This document shows, one piece after another, positions 8,093 through 18,533 of a stretch of DNA of 64,000 nt. Under the pieces are notes generated by a model. That model did not search any database. It had not been told where the DNA came from and saw only the letters and a list, made by a program, of their open reading frames with translations. Every line of letters starts with the position of its first letter. Position 1 is the first letter of the stretch. Position numbers and translations under genes: made by a program. The DNA is from Chloroflexota bacterium (lineage in GTDB: Bacteria; Chloroflexota; Dehalococcoidia; Lucifugimonadales; UBA3495): contig JAPPLU010000060.1 of NCBI GenBank assembly GCA_028874075.1, forward strand, positions 279,281 through 343,280, written 5' to 3'.

Positions 8093-8857
8093 TTGACCCA
8101 ACGCGACGAAGTCCACGCATCTTTGTTTGTAACCTGCATTGTTGACCAGCTTTACCCTCAGGTGGGGGTGAGCGCCGTGAGAGTGCTGCGCAGACACGGT
8201 GTTGTGGTGGATTTTCCCGAAGATCAGACTTGCTGTGGCCAACCTCTATACAATTCCGGCTTCACCCAGAAGGCACGGCAATTGGCTACCAGGGTACTCG
8301 ATAGCTTTTCACTGAGCGACTACGTAGTGGTCCCGTCGGGTTCCTGTGCCGCAATGCTCAAAGTCTTCTATCTTGAACTCTTTGCGGGAGAATCCGGGCT
8401 TCAAGAGAGGGCCGCCGAGCTGGCGGATAAGGTCTACGAGTTTTCCGAATTCCTGGTCAAAGTGCTTGATGTAGAGGACGTAGGCTCCCGTTTTCCTGCC
8501 AAGGCCACCTTTCACTCCGGGTGCCACTTGCTTCGAGAAATGGAGGTTCAACAGGAGCCTCTCAGCTTGCTGGAACAGGTCGAGGGCCTTGAGGTTGCAC
8601 CATTGCCCCAGCCTGACAACTGTTGCGGGTTTGGGGGTACGTTTTCCGTCAAGTATCCCCACATTTCGCAGGGTATGATGGATGACAAAGTCAGCAACGT
8701 GCTTTCGACCGGCGCGAACTTTCTTGTCTCGTGCGACATGAGCTGCCTGATGCACATTGGTGGAGGTCTGAGTCGTCAAGGGCACCAGGTCGAAATTCGG
8801 CACATCGCCGAGGTCCTGGAAGGCCTCCCCGACGAAGGAGGTCAGTCCCTTGGCTGA
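8093..8857 (+). CDS. lutA: Lactate utilization protein A (CCG-domain Fe-S oxidoreductase)
   Basis: 254 aa with a TTG start and two CCG motifs (CCGQPLYNSG, CCGFGGTFS). It overlaps lutB by 8 nt. Confidence 0.85.
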   Translation: MTQRDEVHASLFVTCIVDQLYPQVGVSAVRVLRRHGVVVDFPEDQTCCGQPLYNSGFTQKARQLATRVLDSFSLSDYVVVPSGSCAAMLKVFYLELFAGESGLQERAAELADKVYEFSEFLVKVLDVEDVGSRFPAKATFHSGCHLLREMEVQQEPLSLLEQVEGLEVAPLPQPDNCCGFGGTFSVKYPHISQGMMDDKVSNVLSTGANFLVSCDMSCLMHIGGGLSRQGHQVEIRHIAEVLEGLPDEGGQSLG

Positions 8858-10307
8858 AGTCAAAACCCGCGATTTTGTTTCGGCTTCAGATGCCGCCATG
8901 CGGGATGCCAGTCTAAGGCGTGCCCTGCGCCAGGTGGGTGGCGGTTTCAATGAGGCCAGGCTGGAGGCAATTGAAGAGGTCAGCTGGGAAACTTGGGAAG
9001 AGTGGCGGGAAGTGGCCAGGCGTACCAAGATTCACGCGCTGGAAAACCTGGACTACTATCTTGAAATGCTACACGACCGGGTAACTGCGGCCGGAGGGCA
9101 TGTTCACTTTGCCCGGGATGCTGCCCAGGCCAATGCCATAGTGGCGGAAATTGCCCGCTCCCGCAGCGTCAAGATTGCCACCAAGAGCAAGTCCATGGTT
9201 TCCGAGGAACTGGACCTGAACCATACTCTGGATGCCAACGGGGTTGAAGTCTACGAGACCGACCTGGGCGAGTACATCATTCAATTGGCCGGGGAAACTC
9301 CCTCTCATCTCGTGGCTCCTGCCCTTCACAAGACCAAAGAGCAGGTGTCCGAACTCTTCCATCAGAAGCTCGGTGTTCCCCTGACCGACGATATTGAGGA
9401 AATGGCTAGGGTTGCGAGACAAGTACTACGCGAAAAATTCCTGAGCGCAGACCTGGGCATTAGTGGCGCAAATTTCTTGGTGGCTGAAACGGGAACGCTG
9501 GTGATTATTACCAACGAGGGAAACGGGAGGCTGTGCACCTCTGCGCCCCGCATCCACATCGGTATTACCGGAATGGAGAAGGTCATACCGTCCCTGCAGG
9601 ACCTGGCCGTCTTTCTTCGGCTGCTTCCTCGCTCAGCCACCGGCCAGCGGTTGACCAGCTACGTTAGTATGGTAACCGGCCCCAGGCGTAACGATGATGA
9701 GGATGGCCCCGAGGAGTTCCACCTTGTCCTGGTGGACAACGGACGGTCTCGGTTGCTGGCAGACCCGGAGCTTCGGGAAGCCTTGTATTGCATCCGGTGC
9801 GGCGCCTGCCTGAACATCTGCCCCGTTTACGGAAAGATCGGCGGCCATGCATATGGCTGGGTCTATCCGGGTCCTATAGGCGCAATTGTTTCCCCAACAC
9901 TGGTGGGGCTAAAGGAAGCAAAAGACCTTCCTCACGCCTCCAGCCTGTGTGGCGCCTGCAGGGAAGTTTGTCCTATCAGGATCAACATTCCACGGATGCT
10001 GCTTCACCTGCGCCACCGGCTGGCTGAGAGTCCCCTGGAGACCGAAAACGCGACGACAACGGGGGAAAGACAAGCGGCCCAGGCCTATTCCTGGTTGATG
10101 AGCAACCCGGCCGCTCTCTCCGCTGCCGCCAAGGTGGGGAGACTGGCTCAAAAACCCTTTGTTTCGGGCGGAAAAGTGAGCAAAAGAGTACCCCTTCCAC
10201 TGGTTTCTAGGTGGACGGGAGGACGTGATCTGCCTGCCATGCCCCGCCAGACCTTCAGAGAAATCTGGGCTCAAGGTTTGGAATCTGAAGCTGAAATACG
10301 AGAATAG
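8850..10307 (+). CDS. lutB: Lactate utilization protein B (LUD domain + 2x[4Fe-4S])
   Basis: 485 aa with ferredoxin motifs CIRCGACLNICPVY and CGACREVCPIRI. Confidence 0.85.
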   Translation: MAEVKTRDFVSASDAAMRDASLRRALRQVGGGFNEARLEAIEEVSWETWEEWREVARRTKIHALENLDYYLEMLHDRVTAAGGHVHFARDAAQANAIVAEIARSRSVKIATKSKSMVSEELDLNHTLDANGVEVYETDLGEYIIQLAGETPSHLVAPALHKTKEQVSELFHQKLGVPLTDDIEEMARVARQVLREKFLSADLGISGANFLVAETGTLVIITNEGNGRLCTSAPRIHIGITGMEKVIPSLQDLAVFLRLLPRSATGQRLTSYVSMVTGPRRNDDEDGPEEFHLVLVDNGRSRLLADPELREALYCIRCGACLNICPVYGKIGGHAYGWVYPGPIGAIVSPTLVGLKEAKDLPHASSLCGACREVCPIRINIPRMLLHLRHRLAESPLETENATTTGERQAAQAYSWLMSNPAALSAAAKVGRLAQKPFVSGGKVSKRVPLPLVSRWTGGRDLPAMPRQTFREIWAQGLESEAEIRE

Positions 10308-10315
10308 GCTAGTCC

Positions 10316-11077
10316 ATGGTCGAAAAACAAAATGCAATATCCCTTGGGGTACCCAAGGATGACTTTCTTGGCCATGTGCGCAGAAGTCTCGGGCGTGATC
10401 AACCCCTGGAAACGGCGCCTGTCCACCTTCCGTTGACGGAAAATTTTGCTGATTTGGAGGTGAGGGCAAAGGCTGCCACGGAACGGTTGGAGACAATCCG
10501 TGGCGAACTGGTGGACCGATTCGAGGAGACGGCCAGAGTTCGAAACTGGAACGTTTTCAGGACCTCAAGCGTCGAAGAATCCATCGGCTACATGGCTGAT
10601 CTGGCCGGCAGGTTGGGGATTTCCAAGGCTGCCAGGGCTGACCAACCAGTTTTTGCAGAACTGGCTGTCGACTCTGCTCTACAGAACACCGGCATCGAGT
10701 TGTTCGTTGCGGCCCACGACGAGTCGACTAGCGATCTCCGCGTCAGGCAACAGATTATTGAGTCGGGGTTGGGTATTACCGGCGCCGACTATGCTGTGGC
10801 GGAGACCGGCTCAGTCGTTGTGCTTCCCAGGAAAGGCCTGAGCAGGCTGGTTTCCCTGGTGCCTCCAGTACACTTGGCCATCGTCCGTGCGAAGGATCTG
10901 GTAGAGAGTATCGACGACGTTTTCCTGTTCCGGCGGCTGGAATATTTGCATAAGGGCGGTGACATGGGAAGTTACCTCAACTTCATTACCGGTCCTAGCC
11001 GCACTGCAGACATTGAAATGAAGCTCGTGGTTGGTGTGCACGGACCACGCGAAGTCCACTTGGTGTTGTTGGCATAG
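10316..11077 (+). CDS. lutC: Lactate utilization protein C (LUD domain)
   Basis: 253 aa. It follows lutB after 8 nt and has the LUD-type segment GADYAVAETGSVVVLP. Confidence 0.8.
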   Translation: MVEKQNAISLGVPKDDFLGHVRRSLGRDQPLETAPVHLPLTENFADLEVRAKAATERLETIRGELVDRFEETARVRNWNVFRTSSVEESIGYMADLAGRLGISKAARADQPVFAELAVDSALQNTGIELFVAAHDESTSDLRVRQQIIESGLGITGADYAVAETGSVVVLPRKGLSRLVSLVPPVHLAIVRAKDLVESIDDVFLFRRLEYLHKGGDMGSYLNFITGPSRTADIEMKLVVGVHGPREVHLVLLA

Positions 11078-11112
11078 CGGTTGCAGATATTGAACCGGTT
11101 TCGGAGGCACGA

Positions 11113-11457
11113 ATGCCCGTAAGGATTGGCTTTACCCAATTCCGCAGAGAGATGTTGGAAAAGGAAATGGAAAACATTATGAGCTTGCTGCCGCAACTGG
11201 GCGTGGAGAAGGTGTACCTAACGGGAGATATGGTAACGGGAGATATTTCACCCGACAGCCGCATTGACCTGGTTGTAGTGCACGATACTGACGGTGCGTT
11301 TGGGCGTCGGGCCGACTTCTTCTCATACCATTTGAGTAGCATGGTGGCGGTGGACTGCCAGGTTTATACGCCGCAGGAATTTGAAGAACTCCAGGACTCG
11401 CTGCCGGCGCTGGCAACGGCAATCAAGCATGGAAGGGTGATTTACAGTGCCCAATAA
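11113..11457 (+). CDS. Minimal nucleotidyltransferase (MNT) domain protein, antitoxin-like partner of HEPN
   Basis: 114 aa. The NTase-fold core is [25 protein letters not shown]. It overlaps the downstream HEPN gene by 11 nt. Confidence 0.75.
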   Translation: MPVRIGFTQFRREMLEKEMENIMSLLPQLGVEKVYLTGDMVTGDISPDSRIDLVVVHDTDGAFGRRADFFSYHLSSMVAVDCQVYTPQEFEELQDSLPALATAIKHGRVIYSAQ

Positions 11458-11848
11458 TCTGGCCGAAGGATCAAGGTGGCTCCGACAGGCAGAGCAGGAC
11501 CTGCTGGATGCCCAATATAACCGGGAAGGACTGCGCTACAATCTTGCCTGTTTTCTGTGCCAGCAAGCTGCGGAGAAGGCTGTCAAAGCTTACCTGTACC
11601 ACCGCGGCGCCGAAGACGTCTGGGGACACTCGCTGATAGATCTCTGCGAGGATGCGAAAATCTTCGAGATGTTCTTTGATACCGTCAAAAGCGAAGCAAG
11701 GCAGCTGGACAAATACTATGAAATTACCCGCTACCCCGGTTTTCTCCCTGGTGGCATCTGCTCGGAAGCCTTCGAAGATGCCGACGCAGAGCGGGCCCTG
11801 TTCCTCGGTAGCACCGTAGTCGACTTCGTTAAGGAGCGCCTTACCTAG
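11447..11848 (+). CDS. HEPN domain protein (toxin-like partner of MNT)
   Basis: 133 aa with the HEPN pattern ...[25 protein letters not shown]...YYEITRYPG.... Confidence 0.75.
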   Translation: MPNNLAEGSRWLRQAEQDLLDAQYNREGLRYNLACFLCQQAAEKAVKAYLYHRGAEDVWGHSLIDLCEDAKIFEMFFDTVKSEARQLDKYYEITRYPGFLPGGICSEAFEDADAERALFLGSTVVDFVKERLT

Positions 11849-11853
11849 CGACG

Positions 11854-13002
11854 TTATCTGGGTCCGCCGCTAAACAGCAGCAAACGCACAGTTCGATCTG
11901 CAGTATCTTCCAGTAACTCTTCGGTTCGGGACAGGCTCCTTTCGAAGCTCATGGGCCTGTCGGCAATGCAAACTACGCCTGCGATGCCGTGCTGGTACAA
12001 CTCCTGGTAGCCGTCGCCCAGGCTCCCGGCCAATATCATTGTAGGAACTCCGTGGGGAGCCGCCTTCCTGGCCACACCAACGGGCGCTTTGTCATAGATC
12101 GAAGACAGATCCGCCCTCCCTTCCCCGGTAAGCACCAGGTCAGCCCCCTTGATGTGCTCTTCGAAGTTCAACACTTCACACACCAGGTCTATACCGGACT
12201 GCAACCTGCAGTTGGTAAAGGCCATAAGGCCGGCGCCCAGACCGCCGGCAGCGCCGGACCCGGGATGCTCCTCGTTTAGAAAGTCTATCCCCAGGTCCCT
12301 GTTGGCTACCCTGGCAAAGTTGGCTAGCGCACTGTCCAGTTGAGTTACCATTTCCGGTGTCGCGCCCTTTTGGGGCCCGTATATTGCGGATGCCCCCGTG
12401 GGCCCGCACAATGGGTTGGTAACATCTGTGGCTCCAATAATGCTCACTTCACCCAGCCGGGAATCGAGCCCGTTTATGTCAATACGCTCCAACTGAGCCA
12501 GGGCAGCGCCCCCTTTGGGCAGAGTATTGCCTCTCCCGTCCAGAAACTTGGCCCCCAGCGCGGAGGCCATCCCCATTCCGGCATCGTTGGTAGCGCTCCC
12601 TCCCATCCCTACAACAATCCGGTCAAAGCCGCGGTCCAGGGCATGCCTGATTAGTTCGCCTGTTCCGTAGGTTGTAGTTGTTCTGGGGTTGCGGCGCCGG
12701 TGTGGCACGATTGCCAGGCCCGAGGCACGGGCCATTTCAATGACTGCTGTTTGACCGTCTCCCATCACACCCCAATTTGCTTCCACGGCATGGCCGAGCG
12801 GGCCAGTAACGATTGTGCGGAAAATCTGCCCGCCGGTGCTGTTGACCAGCACTTCAAGAGTACCGTCCCCTCCGTCTGCCACGGGTACCAGGAAGGTCTC
12901 ACAGTCCGGCAGGGCCTTCTTCACGCCTCGTTCGATGGCCTGTGCTGCTGTCAGGGCGGAAACGCTGGATTTGAAGCTTTGGGGGGCGATAACTATCCTC
13001 AT
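11854..13002 (-). CDS. glxK: Glycerate kinase (GlxK/GarK family)
   Basis: 382 aa. MRIVIAPQSFKSSVSA...VPVADGGDGTLEVL is typical of the glycerate kinase family. Confidence 0.85.
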   Translation of the reverse strand: MRIVIAPQSFKSSVSALTAAQAIERGVKKALPDCETFLVPVADGGDGTLEVLVNSTGGQIFRTIVTGPLGHAVEANWGVMGDGQTAVIEMARASGLAIVPHRRRNPRTTTTYGTGELIRHALDRGFDRIVVGMGGSATNDAGMGMASALGAKFLDGRGNTLPKGGAALAQLERIDINGLDSRLGEVSIIGATDVTNPLCGPTGASAIYGPQKGATPEMVTQLDSALANFARVANRDLGIDFLNEEHPGSGAAGGLGAGLMAFTNCRLQSGIDLVCEVLNFEEHIKGADLVLTGEGRADLSSIYDKAPVGVARKAAPHGVPTMILAGSLGDGYQELYQHGIAGVVCIADRPMSFERSLSRTEELLEDTADRTVRLLLFSGGPR

Positions 13003-13103
13003 GGCTGCTCTCCACCTGAATTTTGGTACTATGTCTATTTTATCCTCTCTCTGCTAAAATCGGTTCACATTGCCTTCAGATGGTGAAAATGGGAGGTGGT
13101 TCC

Positions 13104-14447
13104 TTGCCGTCCAAGGAAGAACTCAAGGTCCAGGTATTTGATGCCATCGACGCCCGCGCCGATGAGTTGGTAAACCTGGCCCAGACCATACTGAAGAACC
13201 CTGAGCCCGGGTTCAGAGAGGTGAAAACCTCCCAGCTGGTCTGTAACACCCTGGCGGGAATGGGTATTCCTTTCCGAAGCGGGTTGGGCTTGACCGGTGT
13301 GCGTGCCGACCTTCTGGGCGGCAGTCCAGGGCCTACCTTTGCGCTGCTGGGTGAGCTGGATTCCCTGATTGTCAACGAACATCCCTATGCCGACTCCACC
13401 ACCGGAGCAGCGCATGCTTGTGGCCACCATTGCCAGATTGGCATGCTGCTGGGCGCGGCGATAGGGTTGAATCAGCCCACCGTTCTTTCTGAATTGAGTG
13501 GCCGCATTTCCCTGATTGCGGTGCCGGCCGAAGAATACATTGAAATTGAATACAGAGACTCCCTGCGCCGGGAAGGCAAGATTGAGTTTCTGGGCGGCAA
13601 ACCCGAACTAATCAAGCTGGGTGAATTCGACGACGTAGACCTGGCTATGATGGTCCATACTACCAGCACCGTTGAGGAAGGCAAACTGTGCATCAGCGGC
13701 ACCAACAACGGTACTGTGGCCAAGAAAATCCAGTTCCTTGGGAGGGGTTCCCACGCTGGCGGGTCTCCGCACTTGGGCATTAATGCCCTTAACGCTGCAA
13801 CATTGGCCCTCTCCGCCATCCACTATAACCGCGAAACCTTCCGCGATGCCGACACGATACGGGTCCATCCCATCATCACTAAGGGTGGTGAGGCCGTCAG
13901 CGCCGTTCCCGCCGAGGTTCGAATGGAAACCTTCGTACGGGGGAAAACTCTGGATGCCATTTTGGATGCCAACAAGAAGGTGGACCGCGCCCTGAGAGCC
14001 GGCGCTCTGGCGGTAGGGGCCGGCGTGAGAATTCAGACCATCCCGGGTTATATGCCCCTGGCACAGAACAGCCAGATGAACGAGATTTTCGGCCCCGTTG
14101 CGGCCCAATTGGTAGGCGCGGAGGGTGTGGGGCACGTAGCCCATCGCACCGGCTCCACCGACATGGGAGACATTAGCCAGATAATGCCCGCTATTCACCC
14201 CTACGTTGGTGGCGCCACCGGGCTGGGGCACGGAGCAGATTACGTAGTTCAGGACTACCAGTTGGCGGTGATTACGGCGGCTAAGGCCATGGCCGCTACC
14301 GTCGTAGATCTGCTGGCCGACGGGGCCAGGTCCGGGAACAAGGTGGTGGCGGAGCATCGCCCTGAAATGACTCGGCCCGAATATCTTAAGTTTATGCGGT
14401 CTCTGGCCAGTGAACAGACTTTCGAGGCGGAAAACAATGTCAACTAG
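13104..14447 (+). CDS. M20-family amidohydrolase, paralog 1
   Basis: ORF 13023..14447 with the metal-binding segment GAAHACGHHCQIGM. I placed the start at TTG 13104, which is preceded by GGGAGGTGG and aligns with the N-terminus of paralog 2. ATG 13080 and ATG 13089 are alternatives. Confidence 0.8.
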   Translation: MPSKEELKVQVFDAIDARADELVNLAQTILKNPEPGFREVKTSQLVCNTLAGMGIPFRSGLGLTGVRADLLGGSPGPTFALLGELDSLIVNEHPYADSTTGAAHACGHHCQIGMLLGAAIGLNQPTVLSELSGRISLIAVPAEEYIEIEYRDSLRREGKIEFLGGKPELIKLGEFDDVDLAMMVHTTSTVEEGKLCISGTNNGTVAKKIQFLGRGSHAGGSPHLGINALNAATLALSAIHYNRETFRDADTIRVHPIITKGGEAVSAVPAEVRMETFVRGKTLDAILDANKKVDRALRAGALAVGAGVRIQTIPGYMPLAQNSQMNEIFGPVAAQLVGAEGVGHVAHRTGSTDMGDISQIMPAIHPYVGGATGLGHGADYVVQDYQLAVITAAKAMAATVVDLLADGARSGNKVVAEHRPEMTRPEYLKFMRSLASEQTFEAENNVN

Positions 14448-15783
14448 AGAAGAACTGAAGAAACGCGCTTGCGCCGCCATTGACCGGCATCGGGACGAGC
14501 TTATCGGAGTTTCCCGCCAAATTCTGAACAATCCGGAGCCCGGCTTCAGTGAATACAAGACTTCCCAGCTTGTCGCTGATAAGTTTGACGAGATGGGTAT
14601 CGGTTACCGGCGTGGCTTGGCCATGACGGGAGTAAAAGGCCACGTTTCCGCCGGTGGAGGTTCGGGGCCCAGAGTAGCGGTTATTGGAGAGTTGGACTCG
14701 CTAATAGTTAACGAACATCCCCATGCCGACGGGGAAACCGGCGCCGCCCATGCCTGTGGCCACCATTGCCAGATAGGAATGATGCTTGGCGCCATCCGAG
14801 GCCTGACCCAGCCCGATGTGCTTTCCGAACTTTCCGGAGAACTGGTTCCCTTCGCGGTGCCTGCTGAGGAGTTCATTGAAGTAGCCAGACGGCTGCAGCT
14901 TCGGGAGGAAGGAAAGCTCGAGTTTATGGGCGGCAAACAGGAACTCATCCGCCTCGGCGAATTCGACGACGTGGATATGGCCATGATGTGCCATACCGCG
15001 AGCGATATGGGTGAGCATAAGTTTGCGGTCGGTGGAACGAGCAACGGTCACGTAGTTAAGTATGTGCAGTTCCTGGGGCGGGGCGCCCACGCTGGCAGCG
15101 CCCCGCACATGGGTGTTAATGCTCTCAACGCCGCGTCCTTTGCTCTCCAGGCCATTCACAGCAACCGGGAGGTGTTTCGGGGAGAAGACACTGTGCGGGT
15201 GCACGGGATAATGACCAAGGGTGGGGAGGCGGTAAACGCCGTACCTGCTGACGTTCGCCTGGAATGGAGGGTCCGTTCTGCAACGCCCAAGGCAGTGGTC
15301 AAGAATTCAGCCATTGTAGACCGGTGCTTCAAGGCAGGCGCGCTGGCGGTAGGAGCTCAGGTGAAGATAACCAATATTCCTGGCTATTTGCCTATGAAAC
15401 ACGACACCCACATGCAGGAGTTGTTCCGCCAGAATGCCGCGTCCTTGCTCGGCGAGCCCCGCACCCTGGTGATTCCCGGTCGCCGTAACCGGGGCGGGTC
15501 CACGGACATGGGAGACTTGAGCCACCTGATACCTGTCTGTCACCCCTATGCCGCTGGCGCGGTTGGTTCTGGCCACAGCAAGGAATATCTGATTACGGAT
15601 TACGATGCCGCCGTCATTAATCCCGCCAAGATCATGGCCATGGTTGTAATTGACCTCATGTCAGAGGAAGCCAAAAAGGCAAGGGAAGTGATAAGCTCGC
15701 ACCGTCCCGCTATGAAGAAAGATGCATACCTGCGCTTTCAACGCGAGCGAGCGGAAGTAGTGGAGTTCGATGGCGCTCTATAG
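14437..15783 (+). CDS. M20-family amidohydrolase, paralog 2
   Basis: This is the internal ATG of ORF 14410..15783 (MSTREELKKR...). It is colinear with paralog 1 (ELDSLIVNEHPHADGETGAAHACGHHCQIGM) and overlaps paralog 1 by 11 nt. Confidence 0.8.
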   Translation: MSTREELKKRACAAIDRHRDELIGVSRQILNNPEPGFSEYKTSQLVADKFDEMGIGYRRGLAMTGVKGHVSAGGGSGPRVAVIGELDSLIVNEHPHADGETGAAHACGHHCQIGMMLGAIRGLTQPDVLSELSGELVPFAVPAEEFIEVARRLQLREEGKLEFMGGKQELIRLGEFDDVDMAMMCHTASDMGEHKFAVGGTSNGHVVKYVQFLGRGAHAGSAPHMGVNALNAASFALQAIHSNREVFRGEDTVRVHGIMTKGGEAVNAVPADVRLEWRVRSATPKAVVKNSAIVDRCFKAGALAVGAQVKITNIPGYLPMKHDTHMQELFRQNAASLLGEPRTLVIPGRRNRGGSTDMGDLSHLIPVCHPYAAGAVGSGHSKEYLITDYDAAVINPAKIMAMVVIDLMSEEAKKAREVISSHRPAMKKDAYLRFQRERAEVVEFDGAL

Positions 15784-15810
15784 CTCACACTGGTAATCTC
15801 GATATGCAAG

Positions 15811-15841
15811 GGTCGCCCTCGAACAGGGCGACCTTCTTTTG
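15811..15841. terminator. Rho-independent terminator between convergent genes
   Basis: GGTCGCCCT-CGAAC-AGGGCGACC hairpin followed by TTCTTTT. Confidence 0.65.
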
Positions 15842-15854
15842 TCTTCTGTCCCAT

Positions 15855-16496
15855 CTAAGGCACTGACTGTAACTGTAGCAACAGCGGCAAATATTGGGCG
15901 CAGGCCCCGGAGATAAGCGGAACCGTCAGGTTGTCATCCAGAGGCAGAGGGGCAAGTTCGACCAGCCCGGCTACGACAGCTGCAACCACCAGCACCCACT
16001 GGAACTCCAGCACCCCGGTGGTTGCCAGGACGGCTATCACCAGGAGGGAAACGCCAACGAACGCCATAGTACCTATTGGGGACTTACCCATAATCCTGGG
16101 CCCAGGTACAGGCCGGCCAATCAAGGCGGCGGCAGGGTCCCCCAGGGAGAGGAAGAGCAGCACTGCAACCGCAATCTCCTTATCAAATACAAGGAAGGAA
16201 ACGAAGGCCGCGATTAACAGATAGGTTGCTCCGGTGATGTGAGCCTCTTCCTCCTTCTTGACCAGCAGGCTTAGCCAGTAAAGAAACTGCCGGTTAAGCC
16301 AGGGAACCCGGAAGCGAACCAGGTCCAACGCGAGGCTTGCCGCCGCAAGAATGCCGATAAGGATGATAGGCAACAGGTCGGGAAGGAAGTAGGCAGTTAC
16401 GGGAATTGCAGTCCCTACCGCTGCGTGAAACAGCCTGCGAGGCCAGGGCGGTCCACTGCTTCCATCCACCTTCAATAGCAGGCTTCGCTCAGCCAT
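15855..16496 (-). CDS. Polytopic membrane protein, polyprenol (dolichol/phytol) kinase / CTP-transferase-like
   Basis: 213 aa with about 6 hydrophobic helices. The conserved-looking segments HITGATYLL and LSLGDPAAALIG resemble the dolichol/phytol kinase family. The function call is tentative. Confidence 0.5.
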   Translation of the reverse strand: MAERSLLLKVDGSSGPPWPRRLFHAAVGTAIPVTAYFLPDLLPIILIGILAAASLALDLVRFRVPWLNRQFLYWLSLLVKKEEEAHITGATYLLIAAFVSFLVFDKEIAVAVLLFLSLGDPAAALIGRPVPGPRIMGKSPIGTMAFVGVSLLVIAVLATTGVLEFQWVLVVAAVVAGLVELAPLPLDDNLTVPLISGACAQYLPLLLQLQSVP

Positions 16497-16576
16497 ATAC
16501 GCCTCTCAACAAAGAACAGCGCCTCGCGGCGTTTATCCGGACGGGGCAGCTCAAGATTGGGAAGCAGGAGAAAGCT

Positions 16577-17194
16577 CTAGAACTCGATTGTCAGGCCATC
16601 GCCGGCCCGCCAGCGTAACTCTCGAATTTCCGCGTCCTTTGGAACTTCAAAAATCATCCAGCCATCCACCCCGAAACCTTGCAGCAACTCGAAGGCTTGG
16701 GTCGAACCATCGGCGTAGGTGGCGTTCCACAAGAAGCACAGGTCAGCTGGATGCTGGAAAGGGCATCGAGCAACTCTTTGGCCCGAGATGTTTTCCGGCG
16801 CGTCGATTGCCTCGGGACGCTCTTTCACGTCGATGGGAAAGTACTTGTCGTGGAAAAAGTCGCGCACCTCGGCGGCGCTCTGGTCAATATTCACGATGGC
16901 GCTGGTGGCCTTGTGGTTCTCCACCTTTATCCGGAGCATCAGAAGCTCTTGATCTTCTTCCTCGGGAGCGATCCGGTAATAAGTGGGTGCCTCGCCCGAT
17001 CGCGGAAGGGTGTAGATCAACTCCGGTTCCCTTTCCATCGCCACCACACTCAGGTGCAGCGTGCGACCAGTGTAATATTTGCCCAAGGCAGGCGAAACAT
17101 CCCCGCAGCCTACCATCGCCAGCAGTGGGAGGCCCAGGGAGGCCAACAGCAACGGAATGAACAATCTTGTGATAAGTTTGGAAAACCTTTTCAT
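16577..17194 (-). CDS. Lipoprotein of unknown function
   Basis: 205 aa. It has a signal peptide with the lipobox LLAMVGC, and the rest is a beta-rich soluble domain. It lies 7 nt downstream of the cysteine desulfurase gene. Confidence 0.6.
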   Translation of the reverse strand: MKRFSKLITRLFIPLLLASLGLPLLAMVGCGDVSPALGKYYTGRTLHLSVVAMEREPELIYTLPRSGEAPTYYRIAPEEEDQELLMLRIKVENHKATSAIVNIDQSAAEVRDFFHDKYFPIDVKERPEAIDAPENISGQRVARCPFQHPADLCFLWNATYADGSTQAFELLQGFGVDGWMIFEVPKDAEIRELRWRAGDGLTIEF

Positions 17195-17201
17195 ATCCTC
17201 T

Positions 17202-18395
17202 CTAGGAACCCGTAGTGGTCAACGTGGGAAGCTCCCGCAGGCTTGCGACCAGGTCCTGTAGAACCTCCAGCAGATAGCTCACTTCTTCTTCTGTATTATC
17301 TTTGCCCAATGTAATTCGCAGGCTGCTTCGGGCCTGTTCCGCAGTCTGTCCAAGCGCCAGGAGCACGTGGGAGGGTTCCAGAGACCCAGAACTGCACGCG
17401 CTTCCGCTGGAAGCAGCTATGCCAGCCATGTCCAGCCCAAGCAGTATGGATTCTCCCTCCACTCCTTCGAAGGAAAAGTTTATGTTATTGGGAAGCCGTT
17501 CCATCCGGTGGCCGTTCAGGCCGGCGTTCGGAATCGTTGCTTCAACTTTTGCAATAATATTGTCACGCAAGGAGGCGCAGCGCTCGCTGGCCGCTTCTCG
17601 TCCCGCGTGGGCCAATTCAAGGGCCGTCGCCAGCCCCACAATGCCCGCAATATTCTCGGTGCCGGACCTTCTTTCCCGTTCCTGGCCACCTCCCAACAAA
17701 AGGGGCAAGAAAGGAGTTCCTCTTCGCACGAACAGGACACCCGTTCCCTTGGGGCCGTAGAATTTGTGCCCAGACAGGCTCATCATATCCACGCCCAGTT
17801 CGCGGACGTTCAAGTCGAGGAATCCCGCGGCCTGCACGGCGTCCGTATGCATCACGATGGTCCGGTCCAGCTCTCGGGCGCGCCGTTGCACCGCCTTGGA
17901 AATCTCGGCTATTGGGTTGATGGTGCCAATCTCATTGTTGGCGTACATCAGAGAAACTACGGTAGTTCGAGAGCCTGTGGCATTGTACACCTGTTCTGGG
18001 CTGACTGCCCCGAACTGGTCCACGGGCAGATAGGTTACCTCATATCCCAGGTTTTCCAGATACTGGCAGGTGTGCAGCACGGCATGGTGTTCTACGCTGG
18101 AGGTGATGATGTGGTTTCCAGTCTCGCGCAAGGCGGTTGCCGCGCCGATAATGGATGCGTTATCCGATTCCGTGCCTCCGCTGGTGAAAACCACTTCGCT
18201 GGTACGGCAACCCAATACCCTGGCCACTCGTTCGCGAGAGATGTCCAATGCGTGGCGTGCTTCCTGCCCTGCTGTATGAACACTGGAGGGGTTGCCATAC
18301 AAATGGGTGAAATAGGGAAGCATGGCCTCTAGCACGCTAGGGTCGGTTGGCGTGGTACCGGCGTGGTCCAGATAGATCAAGCCCGGAGAAGACAT
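17202..18395 (-). CDS. nifS: Cysteine desulfurase (class I, NifS/IscS type)
   Basis: 397 aa with the PLP-lysine motif [14 protein letters not shown] and the active-site loop SSGSACSSG. Confidence 0.9.
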   Translation of the reverse strand: MSSPGLIYLDHAGTTPTDPSVLEAMLPYFTHLYGNPSSVHTAGQEARHALDISRERVARVLGCRTSEVVFTSGGTESDNASIIGAATALRETGNHIITSSVEHHAVLHTCQYLENLGYEVTYLPVDQFGAVSPEQVYNATGSRTTVVSLMYANNEIGTINPIAEISKAVQRRARELDRTIVMHTDAVQAAGFLDLNVRELGVDMMSLSGHKFYGPKGTGVLFVRRGTPFLPLLLGGGQERERRSGTENIAGIVGLATALELAHAGREAASERCASLRDNIIAKVEATIPNAGLNGHRMERLPNNINFSFEGVEGESILLGLDMAGIAASSGSACSSGSLEPSHVLLALGQTAEQARSSLRITLGKDNTEEEVSYLLEVLQDLVASLRELPTLTTTGS

Positions 18396-18533
18396 AGCAA
18401 CCTCGAATTTGGCCTGCCCAACATTTTAGCACAGGGAGCTTCGGAATAAGGCTAATGTGCCGGTTTGACTTCGAGCTTGTTGGAGGGCATTGCCACGTTA
18501 CGCTCCCTGCAGTTGATGACAGGCATTGCCGCA

